Notes under the pieces: generated by a model
What the model was told of the DNA's origin: nothing
Seen by the model: the letters and a program-made list of their open reading frames with translations, nothing else
Databases searched by the model: none
In this document: positions 1-9,402 of the stretch, piece after piece
How the letters are laid out: each line of letters starts with the position of its first letter
How positions within the stretch are numbered: position 1 is the first letter of the stretch
Origin: a bacterium
GTDB lineage: Bacteria; Krumholzibacteriota; Krumholzibacteriia; LZORAL124-64-63
DNA length: 64,000 nucleotides
Assembly (NCBI GenBank): GCA_016719645.1
Contig: JADJYS010000009.1
Coordinates: 108,022-172,021 of the forward strand
Direction: 5' to 3'
Translations under genes and position numbers: made by a program

Positions 1-544
1 AGCGCGCGAAACCGGTGATCTCGGGGGTGCCGTCGTTGCCGACGTCGATCGCCACGGTGGGAGCGTCGGCTGCGCCGTGCACGATGCGCACGGCCGCCTG
101 CCCCGCGCCGGGCGCGGTGAAGTCCTCCACGAGCGGCAGCACGCGGAAGGCGTCGGCCCCCGCGGTGCTGCCCAGCAGCCCGACGGCCACGGCCGTGATG
201 ACCGCGTCCGCGGGCACCGTCAGCTCGCCGGTCTCGTAGGCGGGCTCGGACGTGGGCGCCGCGCCCGCGGCCCGCAGCTGGATGTTGTAGGTGCCCGGAT
301 CGAGGTCCAGGTAGGCGCTGGTCTCGGTGTAGCCGAGGCCGGTGATCAGGGGCGTCGCGACGCCCTCGGCGTAGACGTCCACCTCGGGGGCGTCCGGCGA
401 GGCGTGCACGACCCGCAGCTTGGCGCCGTCGCCCAGGCCGGGATCGGCCGGGTTGTCGTCGTCGCTGCAGCCGATCAGGCCCAGGCCCATCGTCAGGGCG
501 GCCATCACCGCCAGCAGGTTCTTGAGGCTCTTGTCGTTCATCAT
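1..544 (-). CDS. DUF4397-like lipoprotein (C-terminal part lies outside the window)
   Basis: The minus-strand frame is open from the window edge to ATGATG at 544-539. It is absent from the ORF track because it has no stop in the window. The N-terminus MMNDKSLKNLLAVMAALTMGLGLIGCSDD has a signal peptide plus lipobox (LIGC). Repeated units LRVVHASPDAPEVDVY... and VRIVHGAADAPTVAIDVG are typical of DUF4397. Confidence 0.7.
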   Translation of the reverse strand, partial: MMNDKSLKNLLAVMAALTMGLGLIGCSDDDNPADPGLGDGAKLRVVHASPDAPEVDVYAEGVATPLITGLGYTETSAYLDLDPGTYNIQLRAAGAAPTSEPAYETGELTVPADAVITAVAVGLLGSTAGADAFRVLPLVEDFTAPGAGQAAVRIVHGAADAPTVAIDVGNDGTPEITGFAR

Positions 545-590
545 GGTTCTCTCCCTCGACGGAGGCGCCGCGCGGGCGCCGGTTGTTTCC

Positions 591-1115
591 TTAGTTCTTG
601 GGCAGCAGGACGGTGTCGATCACGTGGATGACGCCGTTGCTGGCCTTCACGTCCGCCTTGACCACGCTCGCGCCGTTGACGCGCACGCCCTTGGTCGCAT
701 CGATGGCGACCTTCTGGCCGTTGACCGTCGCGGCCTCGCTCAGCTTCACCACGTCGGCGGCCAGGACCTCGCCGGACACGACGTGGTACAGCAGGATGCT
801 CTTGAGGGCCGCGGGGTCCTTCAGCAGCGACTCGACCGTGCCGGCCGGCAGCTTGGCGAAGGCCTCGTCCGTCGGCGCGAAGACCGTGAACGGGCCCTTG
901 CCGTTCAGGACGTCCTCGAGGCCGGCGGCCTTCACGGCCGCGACCAGCGTGGTGAAGCCGGCCTGCTCGGCGGTCTTGAAGATCGTCGTGGTCGCGGTGG
1001 CCGACGCGTGGCTCGCCTTGGCCCCGTCCCCGCAGGAATCCGCCAGGACCGGCGTCGCCGAAGCGGCCAGGATCGTGCCCAGCGCGAGGGTCGTCAGAAG
1101 GTTGCGGTGCTTCAT
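591..1115 (-). CDS. secreted fasciclin (FAS1) domain protein
   Basis: 174-aa ORF with signal peptide [23 protein letters not shown]1 hallmarks are present: [53 protein letters not shown] lies 7 nt upstream of the ATG. Confidence 0.9.
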   Translation of the reverse strand: MKHRNLLTTLALGTILAASATPVLADSCGDGAKASHASATATTTIFKTAEQAGFTTLVAAVKAAGLEDVLNGKGPFTVFAPTDEAFAKLPAGTVESLLKDPAALKSILLYHVVSGEVLAADVVKLSEAATVNGQKVAIDATKGVRVNGASVVKADVKASNGVIHVIDTVLLPKN

Positions 1116-1215
1116 ATCGATCTCTCCCTTGTGATGGTCTCGTTGTTTGCGATCCGGGCGGCGCTCCCCGCCCGTGAGAACAGTCTAGGGGTGTGTATCG
1201 ATTATGTCAAGAAAA

Positions 1216-1237
1216 TATCTACACAAATAATATACAA
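1216..1237. promoter_or_regulatory. candidate operator: two 11-bp-phased repeats TATCTACACAA / ATAATATACAA in an AT-rich spacer
   Basis: The 197-bp spacer 1116-1312 lies between the MerR/B12 gene stop and the fasciclin start and is much lower in GC than its surroundings. The two adjacent 11-mers share T at position 5 and ACA at positions 8-10. This is the pattern I recall for CarH-type operators (nAnnTnnACAn). Only two repeats are seen and the second lacks the A at position 2. Confidence 0.25.
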
Positions 1238-1312
1238 CAATGCAGGGCGGGGAGGCAGGGACGGCGGACGCAGCTCCCCTGCGACTGCGGGCGTTTGTCG
1301 TAATCGATTATT

Positions 1313-2257
1313 TTATAATGAGTTGATGGCTTGATCGAAGGACGCCGGATCCCGGATCAGCGGCGCGCCCAGTTCCGCGAGGAGCTGGCCGTGGCTGACC
1401 GCCGCCTGCCCGCTCACCAGCAGGGCCGTGCCCGGTTCCAGGAGCCGGCGCAGTTGGCGCAGCTCCGCCTCGATGTTCGGATCGGCGGCGGGGTAGACCA
1501 GGTTCAGCAGGACGGCGCGCGCCCGGCGGCTGGCGGCGGCGCCGGCGATCTCTTCGGCCGGCAGGCTGGCCCCCAGATAGAGCACGTCCCAGCCGGCCTC
1601 CAGGGCGTGGGAGGCGGCCATCAGGGCGCCCAGCTCGTGCCACTGCCCAACGGGCGTGGCGACGATCAGGGTGGGGGCGCCGACCGGGATCGGGTGGCGG
1701 GCGTTCATCGTGGTCAGGAAGCTGCGCACGATGGCGGAGGCCATGTGCTCCTGGGCCACGCGCAGGTCGCCGCAGCGCCACAGCTCGCCGATGCGCACCA
1801 TGAGCGGCACGATCAGGTCGCGGCGCAGGGCCGGCTTGCTCATCGCCACCGCGCCGCGCTCCAGCAGGCGTTCGAGCGCGGCGTGGTCCAGGGCGCGGAC
1901 GGCGTCGATCGCCTGGTCGAGCAGTTCGCCGGCGCCGTCCGCCGCGGCGGCGTCCGTGGTCGGCCGCGGCGGTGGTCCCGGCACGTCGGCGGCCAGGGCG
2001 CGCAGCTCGGAGACCGTGAGGTGCGCCACGTCGCCGATGCGGTGGTCGGCGTCGGTCAGCTGGCGCAGCAGCAGCAGCTTCTCGAGGTCGGCATCGGAGT
2101 AGAGGCGGCGCCCGGTCGCGGTCCGGCCCGGCACGATCACCCCATAGCGCCGCTCCCACGCGCGCAGCAGGAGCTGGTTGACCCCGGTGCGCCGCGAAAC
2201 CACGGCGATCGAGTGGCGCGGGGTGTCCGGCCCTTGCCGGCCGTTCGAGCTGGTCAT
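1313..2257 (-). CDS. MerR-family transcriptional regulator with C-terminal cobalamin-binding domain (CarH/LitR-like)
   Basis: Taken from ATG 2257 (MTSSNGRQ...) within ORF 1313..2410. The MerR helix-turn-helix is HSIAVVSRRTGVNQLLLRAWERRYGV...GRRLYSDADLEKLLLLRQL. The C-terminal Rossmann-like B12 module is TLIVATPVGQWHELGALMAASHALEAGWDVLYLGASLP, which contains the xHxxG lower-ligand motif. Confidence 0.85.
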   Translation of the reverse strand: MTSSNGRQGPDTPRHSIAVVSRRTGVNQLLLRAWERRYGVIVPGRTATGRRLYSDADLEKLLLLRQLTDADHRIGDVAHLTVSELRALAADVPGPPPRPTTDAAAADGAGELLDQAIDAVRALDHAALERLLERGAVAMSKPALRRDLIVPLMVRIGELWRCGDLRVAQEHMASAIVRSFLTTMNARHPIPVGAPTLIVATPVGQWHELGALMAASHALEAGWDVLYLGASLPAEEIAGAAASRRARAVLLNLVYPAADPNIEAELRQLRRLLEPGTALLVSGQAAVSHGQLLAELGAPLIRDPASFDQAINSL

Positions 2258-2433
2258 GTCGGCCCCTTGGAATGGACTCCGGTGTCGGTCTGCGTCCTCT
2301 GGGGCCAAGATGGGCTCTTGTCTTGGTTTTGTCCAGCCCCTGTCGACAAATGACGGGCTGACGGATGAAACCGGTTGAGCGATATTCCGTACGGACAAGC
2401 CCGCCTTCACCCGAGATGCGAGGAGTTGTCGCG

Positions 2434-5148
2434 ATGCGCCGTCTCATGCCCCTGCTGCTGGTCCTGGCGAGCGCCGCGGTCGCGGCCGCCGCGGACCTGC
2501 CCGAGATCCCCTTCGAGAAGTACGTCCTGGACAACGGGCTCGAGGTGATCCTGCACGAGGACCACACGATCCCTTCGGTGGCGGTCAACGTCTGGTACCA
2601 CGTGGGTTCGAAGAACGAGAAGCCCGGCCGCACCGGCTTCGCGCACCTCTTCGAGCACATGATGTTCCAGGGGTCGCAGCACCACGACGACGACTACTTC
2701 GCGCCGCTGCAGCGCGTCGGCGGCCAGGTGAACGGCTCGACCAACGAGGACCGCACCAACTACTGGGAGAACGTGCCGAGCGAGCAGCTGGAGCTGGCCC
2801 TGTGGCTCGAGTCCGACCGCATGGGCTTCCTGGTGCCGGCCATGACCGAGGACCGCCTCGCCAACCAGAAGGGCGTCGTCCAGAACGAGAAGCGCGAGGG
2901 CGAGAACGAGCCCTACGCCGTGGCCGACGAGCTGATGACGAAGCTGCTCTTCCCGCCCGAGCACCCCTACAGCCACACCGTCATCGGCAGCATGGACGAC
3001 CTGTCCGCGGCCACGAAGCAGGACGTCGCGGACTTCTTCGGGCTCTACTACACGCCCAACAACGCCAGCCTGTGCGTGGCCGGCGACTTCGACCCGGCCG
3101 AGGCGAAGGCGCTCATCGCCAAGTACTTCGGCACGATCCCCCCGGGGCGGCCCGTGCAGCGGATCCGGCAGTGGGTGCCCGTGCTCGAGGGCGAGCGCCG
3201 GGCGACGGCCGAGGACGACGTCGAGCTGCCGCGGCTCATCGTGGCCTGGCACACGCCGCCCCTCTACGCGCCCGACGACGCCGAGCTGGGCCTGCTGGCC
3301 TCGGTCCTGACGGGCGGCAAGTCGTCGCGCCTGTACCAGGCGCTGGTCTACGAGCAGCAGATCGCGCAGGACGTCTCGGCGTGGCAGGGCTCCCGCGAGA
3401 TCGGCAGCGTCTTCCAGGTGGAGGTCACGGCCAAGGCGGGCGTCGAGCTCGCGCAGCTGGAGCGCGCCGTCGACGCGGAGCTGCGGCGGCTGTTCGAGAA
3501 GGGGATCGCCGGGGACGAGCTCGCCCGGGCCCAGACCGGTTACGAGGTGCGCTTCATCCGGCGCCTGGAGAGCGTGGGCGGCTTCGGCGGCCGCGCCGAC
3601 CTGCTCAACGGCTACAACGTGCGCACCGGAGATCCCGGTTTCCTGGCGCGGGACCTCGGCCGCTACCGCGCCGCGACGCCCGCGGGCGTGACGGCCGCCG
3701 CGCGCCGGCACCTGGACCTCGGCCGGCGCGCCGTGCTGCACGTCGTGCCGCACGGCAAGCCCGCGGCCGCGGACCTCGCGGTGGACCGCGGCGCGATGCC
3801 CGCGGCGGGGAAGGCGCACGACTTCGCGCCGCCGCCGATCCGCACGGCGGAGCTGCCCAACGGCCTGCAGCTCTACCTCGTCGAGAAGCACGAGCTGCCG
3901 CTGGTGCAGGTCAACCTGGTGGTGCGCTGCGGCTGGGCCGTCGACCCGGCCGAGCGGCCGGGCACGGCCTCGCTGACCGCCGACCTGCTGGACGAGGGCA
4001 CGCGCAGCCGCGACGCCCTGGCCATCTCGGACCTCGCGCGCGATCTCGGGGCCCAGCTCGGCTCGTACAGCAACTTCGACGGCTCCTACGTCAGCCTCGG
4101 CGTCCTGAAGCGGAACCTCGACGCGGGCCTCGCGCTGCTGGGCGACGTGGTGATGAACCCCACGTTCCCGGCGGCCGAGCTGGAGCGCCTGCGCAGCCAG
4201 TACCTCGGGCGCATCCGCCAGGAATCGGTCGAGCCCGAGCTGACCGCCACCAAGGTCTTCCAGAAGCTGATGTTCGGCGAGGGCCACCCCTACGCGCAGT
4301 CGTTCAGCGGCACCGGCACGCGCGCCTCGGTGGAGGCGATCACGCGCGAGGACCTCGTGCGCATCCACGAGACGTACTACCGCCCCGGCAACGCCGCCGT
4401 CGTCGTGGTGGGCGACATCACGCTGGACGAGGCCGTCGCCGCGGTGTCGCGCGCGCTGCGCGGCTGGGAGCCGCGGCCGGTCCCCGCCGTGGTCGTGCCG
4501 CCCGCCCGCCCGCAGCCGGGCGCGCGGATCTGCATCGTGGACCGCCCCGGCGCCCAGCAGAGCGTGATCCTGCTCGGCCAGGCCGGCCTCAAGCGCGCCG
4601 ATCCCGACGTGCTGCCCCTGAACGTGTTCAACATGCCGCTGGGCGGGCAGTTCATGTCGCGCATCAACATGAACCTGCGCGAGGACAAGGGCTACACCTA
4701 CGGCGCCCGCACCACGAGCATGTCCATGGCCGGCGGGGGCGTGTTCCTGGCCAACGCCCCGGTCCAGACGCAGTACACGAAGGAGTCGGTGGCCGAGCTG
4801 CTGAAGGAGCTGCGCGAGGTGCGCGGCGAGCGGCCGCTGGCCGCCGCCGAGCTGGCGGCCGGCAAGAACCAGCTGATCAAGTCCTTCCCCCAGCGGTTCC
4901 AGACGATCCAGGGGATCGCCGGCCAGCTGGGCGAGCTGGTGCTCTACGGCCTGCCGCTGGACGACTGGGCCACCTACCGCGCGCGCGTCGACGCGGTCGG
5001 CGCCGGGGAGGCCGCGCGCATGGCCCGCGAGCACCTCGACCCCGACGCGATGCGCCTGGTGATCGTGGGCGACCGGGCGGTGATCGAGCCGGGCCTGCGC
5101 GAGCTGGGCCTCGGCGACATCGAGGTGGTGGACGCGGACGCCGACTGA
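2434..5148 (+). CDS. M16 (insulinase/pitrilysin) family zinc peptidase, fused active plus inactive halves, secreted
   Basis: Start ATG 2434 is preceded by GAGGAG. Signal peptide MRRLMPLLLVLASAAVAAAA. The inverted zinc motif HLFEHMMFQG (HxxEH) is followed downstream by NEKREGENEPY. The second half repeats the M16 fold without HxxEH. Confidence 0.9.
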   Translation: MRRLMPLLLVLASAAVAAAADLPEIPFEKYVLDNGLEVILHEDHTIPSVAVNVWYHVGSKNEKPGRTGFAHLFEHMMFQGSQHHDDDYFAPLQRVGGQVNGSTNEDRTNYWENVPSEQLELALWLESDRMGFLVPAMTEDRLANQKGVVQNEKREGENEPYAVADELMTKLLFPPEHPYSHTVIGSMDDLSAATKQDVADFFGLYYTPNNASLCVAGDFDPAEAKALIAKYFGTIPPGRPVQRIRQWVPVLEGERRATAEDDVELPRLIVAWHTPPLYAPDDAELGLLASVLTGGKSSRLYQALVYEQQIAQDVSAWQGSREIGSVFQVEVTAKAGVELAQLERAVDAELRRLFEKGIAGDELARAQTGYEVRFIRRLESVGGFGGRADLLNGYNVRTGDPGFLARDLGRYRAATPAGVTAAARRHLDLGRRAVLHVVPHGKPAAADLAVDRGAMPAAGKAHDFAPPPIRTAELPNGLQLYLVEKHELPLVQVNLVVRCGWAVDPAERPGTASLTADLLDEGTRSRDALAISDLARDLGAQLGSYSNFDGSYVSLGVLKRNLDAGLALLGDVVMNPTFPAAELERLRSQYLGRIRQESVEPELTATKVFQKLMFGEGHPYAQSFSGTGTRASVEAITREDLVRIHETYYRPGNAAVVVVGDITLDEAVAAVSRALRGWEPRPVPAVVVPPARPQPGARICIVDRPGAQQSVILLGQAGLKRADPDVLPLNVFNMPLGGQFMSRINMNLREDKGYTYGARTTSMSMAGGGVFLANAPVQTQYTKESVAELLKELREVRGERPLAAAELAAGKNQLIKSFPQRFQTIQGIAGQLGELVLYGLPLDDWATYRARVDAVGAGEAARMAREHLDPDAMRLVIVGDRAVIEPGLRELGLGDIEVVDADAD

Positions 5149-5173
5149 CCCCTGATCCGCGCCCACGCACGGC

Positions 5174-5201
5174 GGCGCCCCGTCCCTCGGGACGGGGCGC
5201 C
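5174..5201. terminator. GC-rich hairpin between convergent genes (bidirectional terminator candidate)
   Basis: GGCGCCCCGTCCC-tc-GGGACGGGGCGCC forms an approximately 12-bp perfect stem. It lies between the M16 stop (5148) and the AraC stop (5231). There is no clear U-tract. Confidence 0.5.
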
Positions 5202-5230
5202 GTTCGCGTGGGGACCGCCGTCGTTCGGGA

Positions 5231-6175
5231 TCAGAGGGGCTTCACCGGGATGCAGACCTCGAACACGAGGCGGCCGGTCGCGGGGTCGGGCTCGCCGTAG
5301 CAGAGCTCGAGGCAGGGCCGCTCGTCGCACTGCCAGCCGCTGCCGGGCAGCCAGCGGGCGAAGATGTCCGTCCAGGCCGGGCCGAAATCGGCGACGGTGC
5401 CGTCGACCCGCAGGACGGCGTAGCGCCCGCCCGGCAGCACGGAGGTGTTGACCTCGCCGTCGGGCTCGAAGCCGGCGGGCAGCGGGACGCAGGCGTCGTA
5501 GCGGCAGCGGTCCGGCGGCGTCACCTCGGGGCTGTCGTGGCAGATGCTGACGGTGGGCTCGCCCGGCCGCAGCAGCCCGCGCGGCCCGGCCCACCGGCAC
5601 ATCCGCTCCCACAGCGCCTGCTCCATGGTGCCGTAGCGGCCGGTCGCCCGCAGGTAGGCCACGCGCTGCCGGGGGAGATCCTTGATCGTCACGTCCATCG
5701 TCGGGCTCCTTGGTTCGGGTTCGGGGAACACGAACCCAGGATGCGCCGCCGCGGGCGGCGCCGCTTGGCCGTCCTTGCGGTCGGCTTGACCGTGGTTGCG
5801 CAGTTCGGCGCGGGTCCGGCGGCGCCAGGCGCTCGGCGGCTCGCCGAAGCGCTGGCGGAACTCCCGCGAGAAGACGGCGTGGCTGGAGAAGCCGCAGGCC
5901 AGCGCGACGCCGAGCACGGAGGTGTCCGGGTTGTGGGTCAGGGCGTTCGCGGCCGCCTCCAGGCGCAGGCGCTTCACGCAGGCGCCCAGGGTCTCGCCGG
6001 TCAGGGCGGTGAAGATCCGGTGGAAGTGGAAGGGCGAGAAGCAGGCCACCGCGGCGAGCGCCTCGAGGTCGAGGCGCCCGTCGAGGTGGCCGGCGATGTG
6101 GTCGTGGACCGCGTTGATGCGCCGCTCGTACTCGCGCCGCGACGCCGACGTGATCCGGTCCTGCGGTTCCGACAT
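5231..6175 (-). CDS. AraC-family regulator with GyrI-like effector-binding domain
   Basis: The N-terminal AraC HTH pair is LDLEALAAVACFSPFHFHRIFTALTGETL...VALACGFSSHAVFSREFRQRFGEPPSAWRRR. The C-terminal half (MDVTIKDLPRQRVAYLRATGRYG...LELCYGEP...EVCIPV) looks like a GyrI/SOUL-type ligand domain. SD GGGAGG precedes the ATG. Confidence 0.85.
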   Translation of the reverse strand: MSEPQDRITSASRREYERRINAVHDHIAGHLDGRLDLEALAAVACFSPFHFHRIFTALTGETLGACVKRLRLEAAANALTHNPDTSVLGVALACGFSSHAVFSREFRQRFGEPPSAWRRRTRAELRNHGQADRKDGQAAPPAAAHPGFVFPEPEPRSPTMDVTIKDLPRQRVAYLRATGRYGTMEQALWERMCRWAGPRGLLRPGEPTVSICHDSPEVTPPDRCRYDACVPLPAGFEPDGEVNTSVLPGGRYAVLRVDGTVADFGPAWTDIFARWLPGSGWQCDERPCLELCYGEPDPATGRLVFEVCIPVKPL

Positions 6176-6284
6176 GGCGCCTCCCGGGCGGTGACCGGCG
6201 CAGGATAACCCGCCGGCCCCGGGACCGGAAACGAAAAGCGGGACCTCCGGGGAGGTCCCGCCGTCGCGAGCCGCGCGGGGCCCG

Positions 6285-7679
6285 CTACTTCAGGCGCTTG
6301 CGCACCGGGTCCTCGCCGTAGCCGAGGGCGGCCCAGTCCAGCCGGCCCCCCTCGCCGTGGCAGTCCAGGCACTGCAGGGCATGTTCCGCGGGGCGCACGC
6401 CGTGATAGAGGCCCATGTAGCGCTTCACGTCGACCCAGTCGTAGGCGAAGTCCTCGCGCCCGTACGCCTCGTGACCGCCCTCGCGCACGGCCTTGTCGAT
6501 GTCGCCGTCGGCGAAGAACTCCTCGACCGCGATGGGCAGGAGCCAGCGCTCGTCGGCCAGCACCGGCAGGCGCCCGCGGTGCAGCTTGAAGGGGTAGATC
6601 CTGGCGCCGCGGTCCTTGCGCGAGCCCTGCGGCAGCATGATCCCCACCGTGCCGTCCTTCTCGACGCGGACCGGCTCGCCGAGCGGCTGCAGGCGGGACT
6701 CGCCGTTCCACCAGGCGTAGGCGGGCACGACGTCCTTCTCCAGCGTGATGGTGGCGGAGAACTTGTTCGCCTCCTCGTGCCGCTGGGGCGTCGACCAGTC
6801 GCGGTTCATGTCCGTGGCGTCGGTGCGGGCGAAGGTCGGGATGTGGCAGGTCTCGCAGGCGACGCGGCGGGCGTGGGCGTCCAGCACCGCCTCGGCGTGC
6901 GGGGCCGCCTCGTGGCACTCGGTGCACGCCAGCCGCGGGCCGGCAACATCGGTGCCGGACAAGTCGGCGCCGCGGCCGCGCAGGCGGTGGTCGGCGCCGG
7001 TGTGGCAGTCGGTGCAGGCCATGTCCTGGCCGTCGGCGCCCATGTGGACGTCGTAGTCGCGGTCGCAGGTCGCCAGCGCGTACTCGATGTCGCCGCGCTT
7101 GTAGTTCTGGCCGCCGCCGGCGCCGGCGTGGCAGCGCAGGCACATCTCGCGCTTGGGCAGGGAGATCCGCTTGGACACCGAGTCGAGGCCCGGCTGGTTG
7201 CGCCAGAGGATCGGCTTCCAGACGGGCTCGCCGGCCTCGTTCTGGTACAGGTCGCGCCGGTAGCCCGAGGCGTGGCAGATCAGGCAGTCGATGTTCTCGA
7301 GCTGCTCGCGGCTCAGCACGGGCTCGGGCCGCTTGCCCAGGCCGGCGTGGCACTTCGAGCAGCCCTGGGCCAGCACCGCGCCGTCGCTGTTGGTGACGTT
7401 GCCGATCCAGTTGGCGCCGGGGCTGGTGCAGAAATCGTTCATGGTGTTCAGCTTGCCGAACCGGCGGCCCCCGCCGTTGACGAGGTCCGGCGTCTCGCCG
7501 AGCCACTGGTAGTGCTGGGAGTGGAAGAAGGACTCGGCCTCCTCCTGGTGGCACCCCAGGCAGGTGGCGGTGCCCTCGTAGTGCTCGAAGTACTCCTGGT
7601 GCGTGGAGGCCGGCGGGTCGCCGGCCCGCGAGGGGCCGGCGACCGCCAGGACCGCCAGGAGGATGATCGCGTGCTTCAT
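6285..7679 (-). CDS. periplasmic octahaem c-type cytochrome (tetrathionate-reductase Otr-family-like)
   Basis: Start ATG 7679 (MKHAIILLAVLAVAG...) follows GGGAGG. Eight CxxCH motifs are present: CLGCH, CSKCH, CLICH, CLRCH, CTDCH, CTECH, CETCH, CLDCH. At about 464 aa, the size and haem count match the Otr octahaem family as I remember it. Confidence 0.8.
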   Translation of the reverse strand: MKHAIILLAVLAVAGPSRAGDPPASTHQEYFEHYEGTATCLGCHQEEAESFFHSQHYQWLGETPDLVNGGGRRFGKLNTMNDFCTSPGANWIGNVTNSDGAVLAQGCSKCHAGLGKRPEPVLSREQLENIDCLICHASGYRRDLYQNEAGEPVWKPILWRNQPGLDSVSKRISLPKREMCLRCHAGAGGGQNYKRGDIEYALATCDRDYDVHMGADGQDMACTDCHTGADHRLRGRGADLSGTDVAGPRLACTECHEAAPHAEAVLDAHARRVACETCHIPTFARTDATDMNRDWSTPQRHEEANKFSATITLEKDVVPAYAWWNGESRLQPLGEPVRVEKDGTVGIMLPQGSRKDRGARIYPFKLHRGRLPVLADERWLLPIAVEEFFADGDIDKAVREGGHEAYGREDFAYDWVDVKRYMGLYHGVRPAEHALQCLDCHGEGGRLDWAALGYGEDPVRKRLK

Positions 7680-7715
7680 CGCGCCTCCCGAGTTCATCAC
7701 GTCCGGTCGCGCCCG

Positions 7716-9374
7716 CTAGAAGCGGGCCGTCATGCTCAGGGCCATCTTCGTGGCGTTCTTGTAGGCCGGGAAGCCCAGCATCTGCTGCTGGTCCAGGTCC
7801 TTCGGCGCGCCCAGGTGCCAGCCCGAGCCGCTGTAGTCGTACTGGTAGTCCATGAAGTCCAGCTTGGCGACGAGCTTCGGCGTGATGCGGTGGGTCACGT
7901 ACAGCTCCCACACCTCGCCGCGGGTCGCGGTCTTCGGGGCGAAGACGTCGTCGGCGCCCTGCGAGAAGTTGAACCAGTACTGGCTGCCCTGGTTGAACTC
8001 GACGCCGACCTTGGTCTTCTCGTCGGCGAAGCCGTAGCGGGCGCCGGCGTAGAACATGGTGCCGTCGCGCTCCTGCGGCACGTCGAACGGGTCGCAGAAC
8101 AGGCCGCCGAAGGGCGTGGTGACGGCGTCGGGGTGCGACTTCATGTAGCTGTAGCTGGCGAAGAAGTCGAAGCCCCGCCACTGCTGCATGGCCATGAGGC
8201 TGGCCAGGTCGATGTCGCCCAGGTTGGCCGACGGGCTGTAGCGCATGACGATGCCCGCGGGCACGGCCATGCCGGTCAGCGGGTTGACCGGCATCACGAC
8301 CAGGCCGTTGAAGCCGTCGGTGACGTCGAAGGCGCGGGCCACGGTGCCCTGCACGTAGCTGTCGCCCTTGTCGTAGAGGTCCCAGTTCACGCCGAAGAAG
8401 TGCACGTCCTTCATGCGGTCGGCGGGCGACTTCAGGTTCTCGGCGCTGCCGAAGCCCGACTCGTAGCCCAGGCCGTAGCACAGGCGCACGTGCGAGTAGT
8501 CGGCCAGGCTGTAGCCGGCGGTGATGCCGTCGAACTGGAAGTCGATCAGCGTGCCCAGCGGCGTGCCGGCGCGCAGCTCGTCGTCGCGCAGGTGCAGCGG
8601 CGGGCCGCCGGTGCTCGGGCGCCGGCCGATGCTCAGGTAGAGCGACGTGTCGGCGATGTTGTTCCAGTTGAAGTAGGCCCGCTCGACCCGCAGCAGGTCG
8701 CTGTTGGGGACGCGCGTCGTGGCGCCGTCGATGTTCATGCTCGAGGCGGCGCCGTTGAAGACCTGCACGCCGGAGCTGTCGCCCCAGGGCTTGTACATCG
8801 ACAGGCGGCCGGCGAAGCTGACGTCGTCGCCCATCTTGGCCTGCATGTTCAGGCGCAGGCGCGTCGTGTAGAAGATGTCGTTCTTCCAGTCGTAGCTCCC
8901 CACCGGCACGTCCGGGTCCTGCATGAGCAGGCCCATGATCTGCTGGAACATGACGGGGTTCGACGCGAACTGGGCGTAGGCGCCCTGCAGGTCGGAGAAC
9001 TGCAGGTTGTCCAGGAACATGTGGTACATGCCGTAGTTGGCGGGATCGCCGACGAAGGCGTCGATGTCCGCGACCGAGGTCGGCATCGGGTTGGCGAAGC
9101 CGGGGTTCATGTAGAACATCGTGTTCACGAAGTTCTTCTGGAACTCCATGCCGTCGTAGTAGGCGGCCACCTCGGCGTCGAGGTTGTGGACCTCGAAGCG
9201 CAGGTCGCCGGTGAAGTCGACGCGGTCGGTGGCGGCGCGGACCTCGAGCGGGCGCAGGCGCTTCTCGAGCTCCTTGAGGCGCTTCTCCAGGGCGGCCACG
9301 TCGTCGTCGGCCGCGGCGGCGACGCCCGCGGCGGCGACGGCGGCCATGATGACCAGAGCCAGGATCTTCTTCAT
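7716..9374 (-). CDS. outer-membrane beta-barrel protein, DUF3373-like
   Basis: Signal peptide MKKILALVIMAAVAAAGVAAAA is followed by a coiled-coil segment VAALEKRLKELEKRLRPLE. The rest is a long aromatic- and Gly-rich alternating sequence ending in the barrel signature ...LSMTARF. SD GAGGGGGA is present. Confidence 0.7.
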   Translation of the reverse strand: MKKILALVIMAAVAAAGVAAAADDDVAALEKRLKELEKRLRPLEVRAATDRVDFTGDLRFEVHNLDAEVAAYYDGMEFQKNFVNTMFYMNPGFANPMPTSVADIDAFVGDPANYGMYHMFLDNLQFSDLQGAYAQFASNPVMFQQIMGLLMQDPDVPVGSYDWKNDIFYTTRLRLNMQAKMGDDVSFAGRLSMYKPWGDSSGVQVFNGAASSMNIDGATTRVPNSDLLRVERAYFNWNNIADTSLYLSIGRRPSTGGPPLHLRDDELRAGTPLGTLIDFQFDGITAGYSLADYSHVRLCYGLGYESGFGSAENLKSPADRMKDVHFFGVNWDLYDKGDSYVQGTVARAFDVTDGFNGLVVMPVNPLTGMAVPAGIVMRYSPSANLGDIDLASLMAMQQWRGFDFFASYSYMKSHPDAVTTPFGGLFCDPFDVPQERDGTMFYAGARYGFADEKTKVGVEFNQGSQYWFNFSQGADDVFAPKTATRGEVWELYVTHRITPKLVAKLDFMDYQYDYSGSGWHLGAPKDLDQQQMLGFPAYKNATKMALSMTARF

Positions 9375-9402
9375 CGTTCGTCCCCCTCGGGTTGGGTGCG
9401 GC

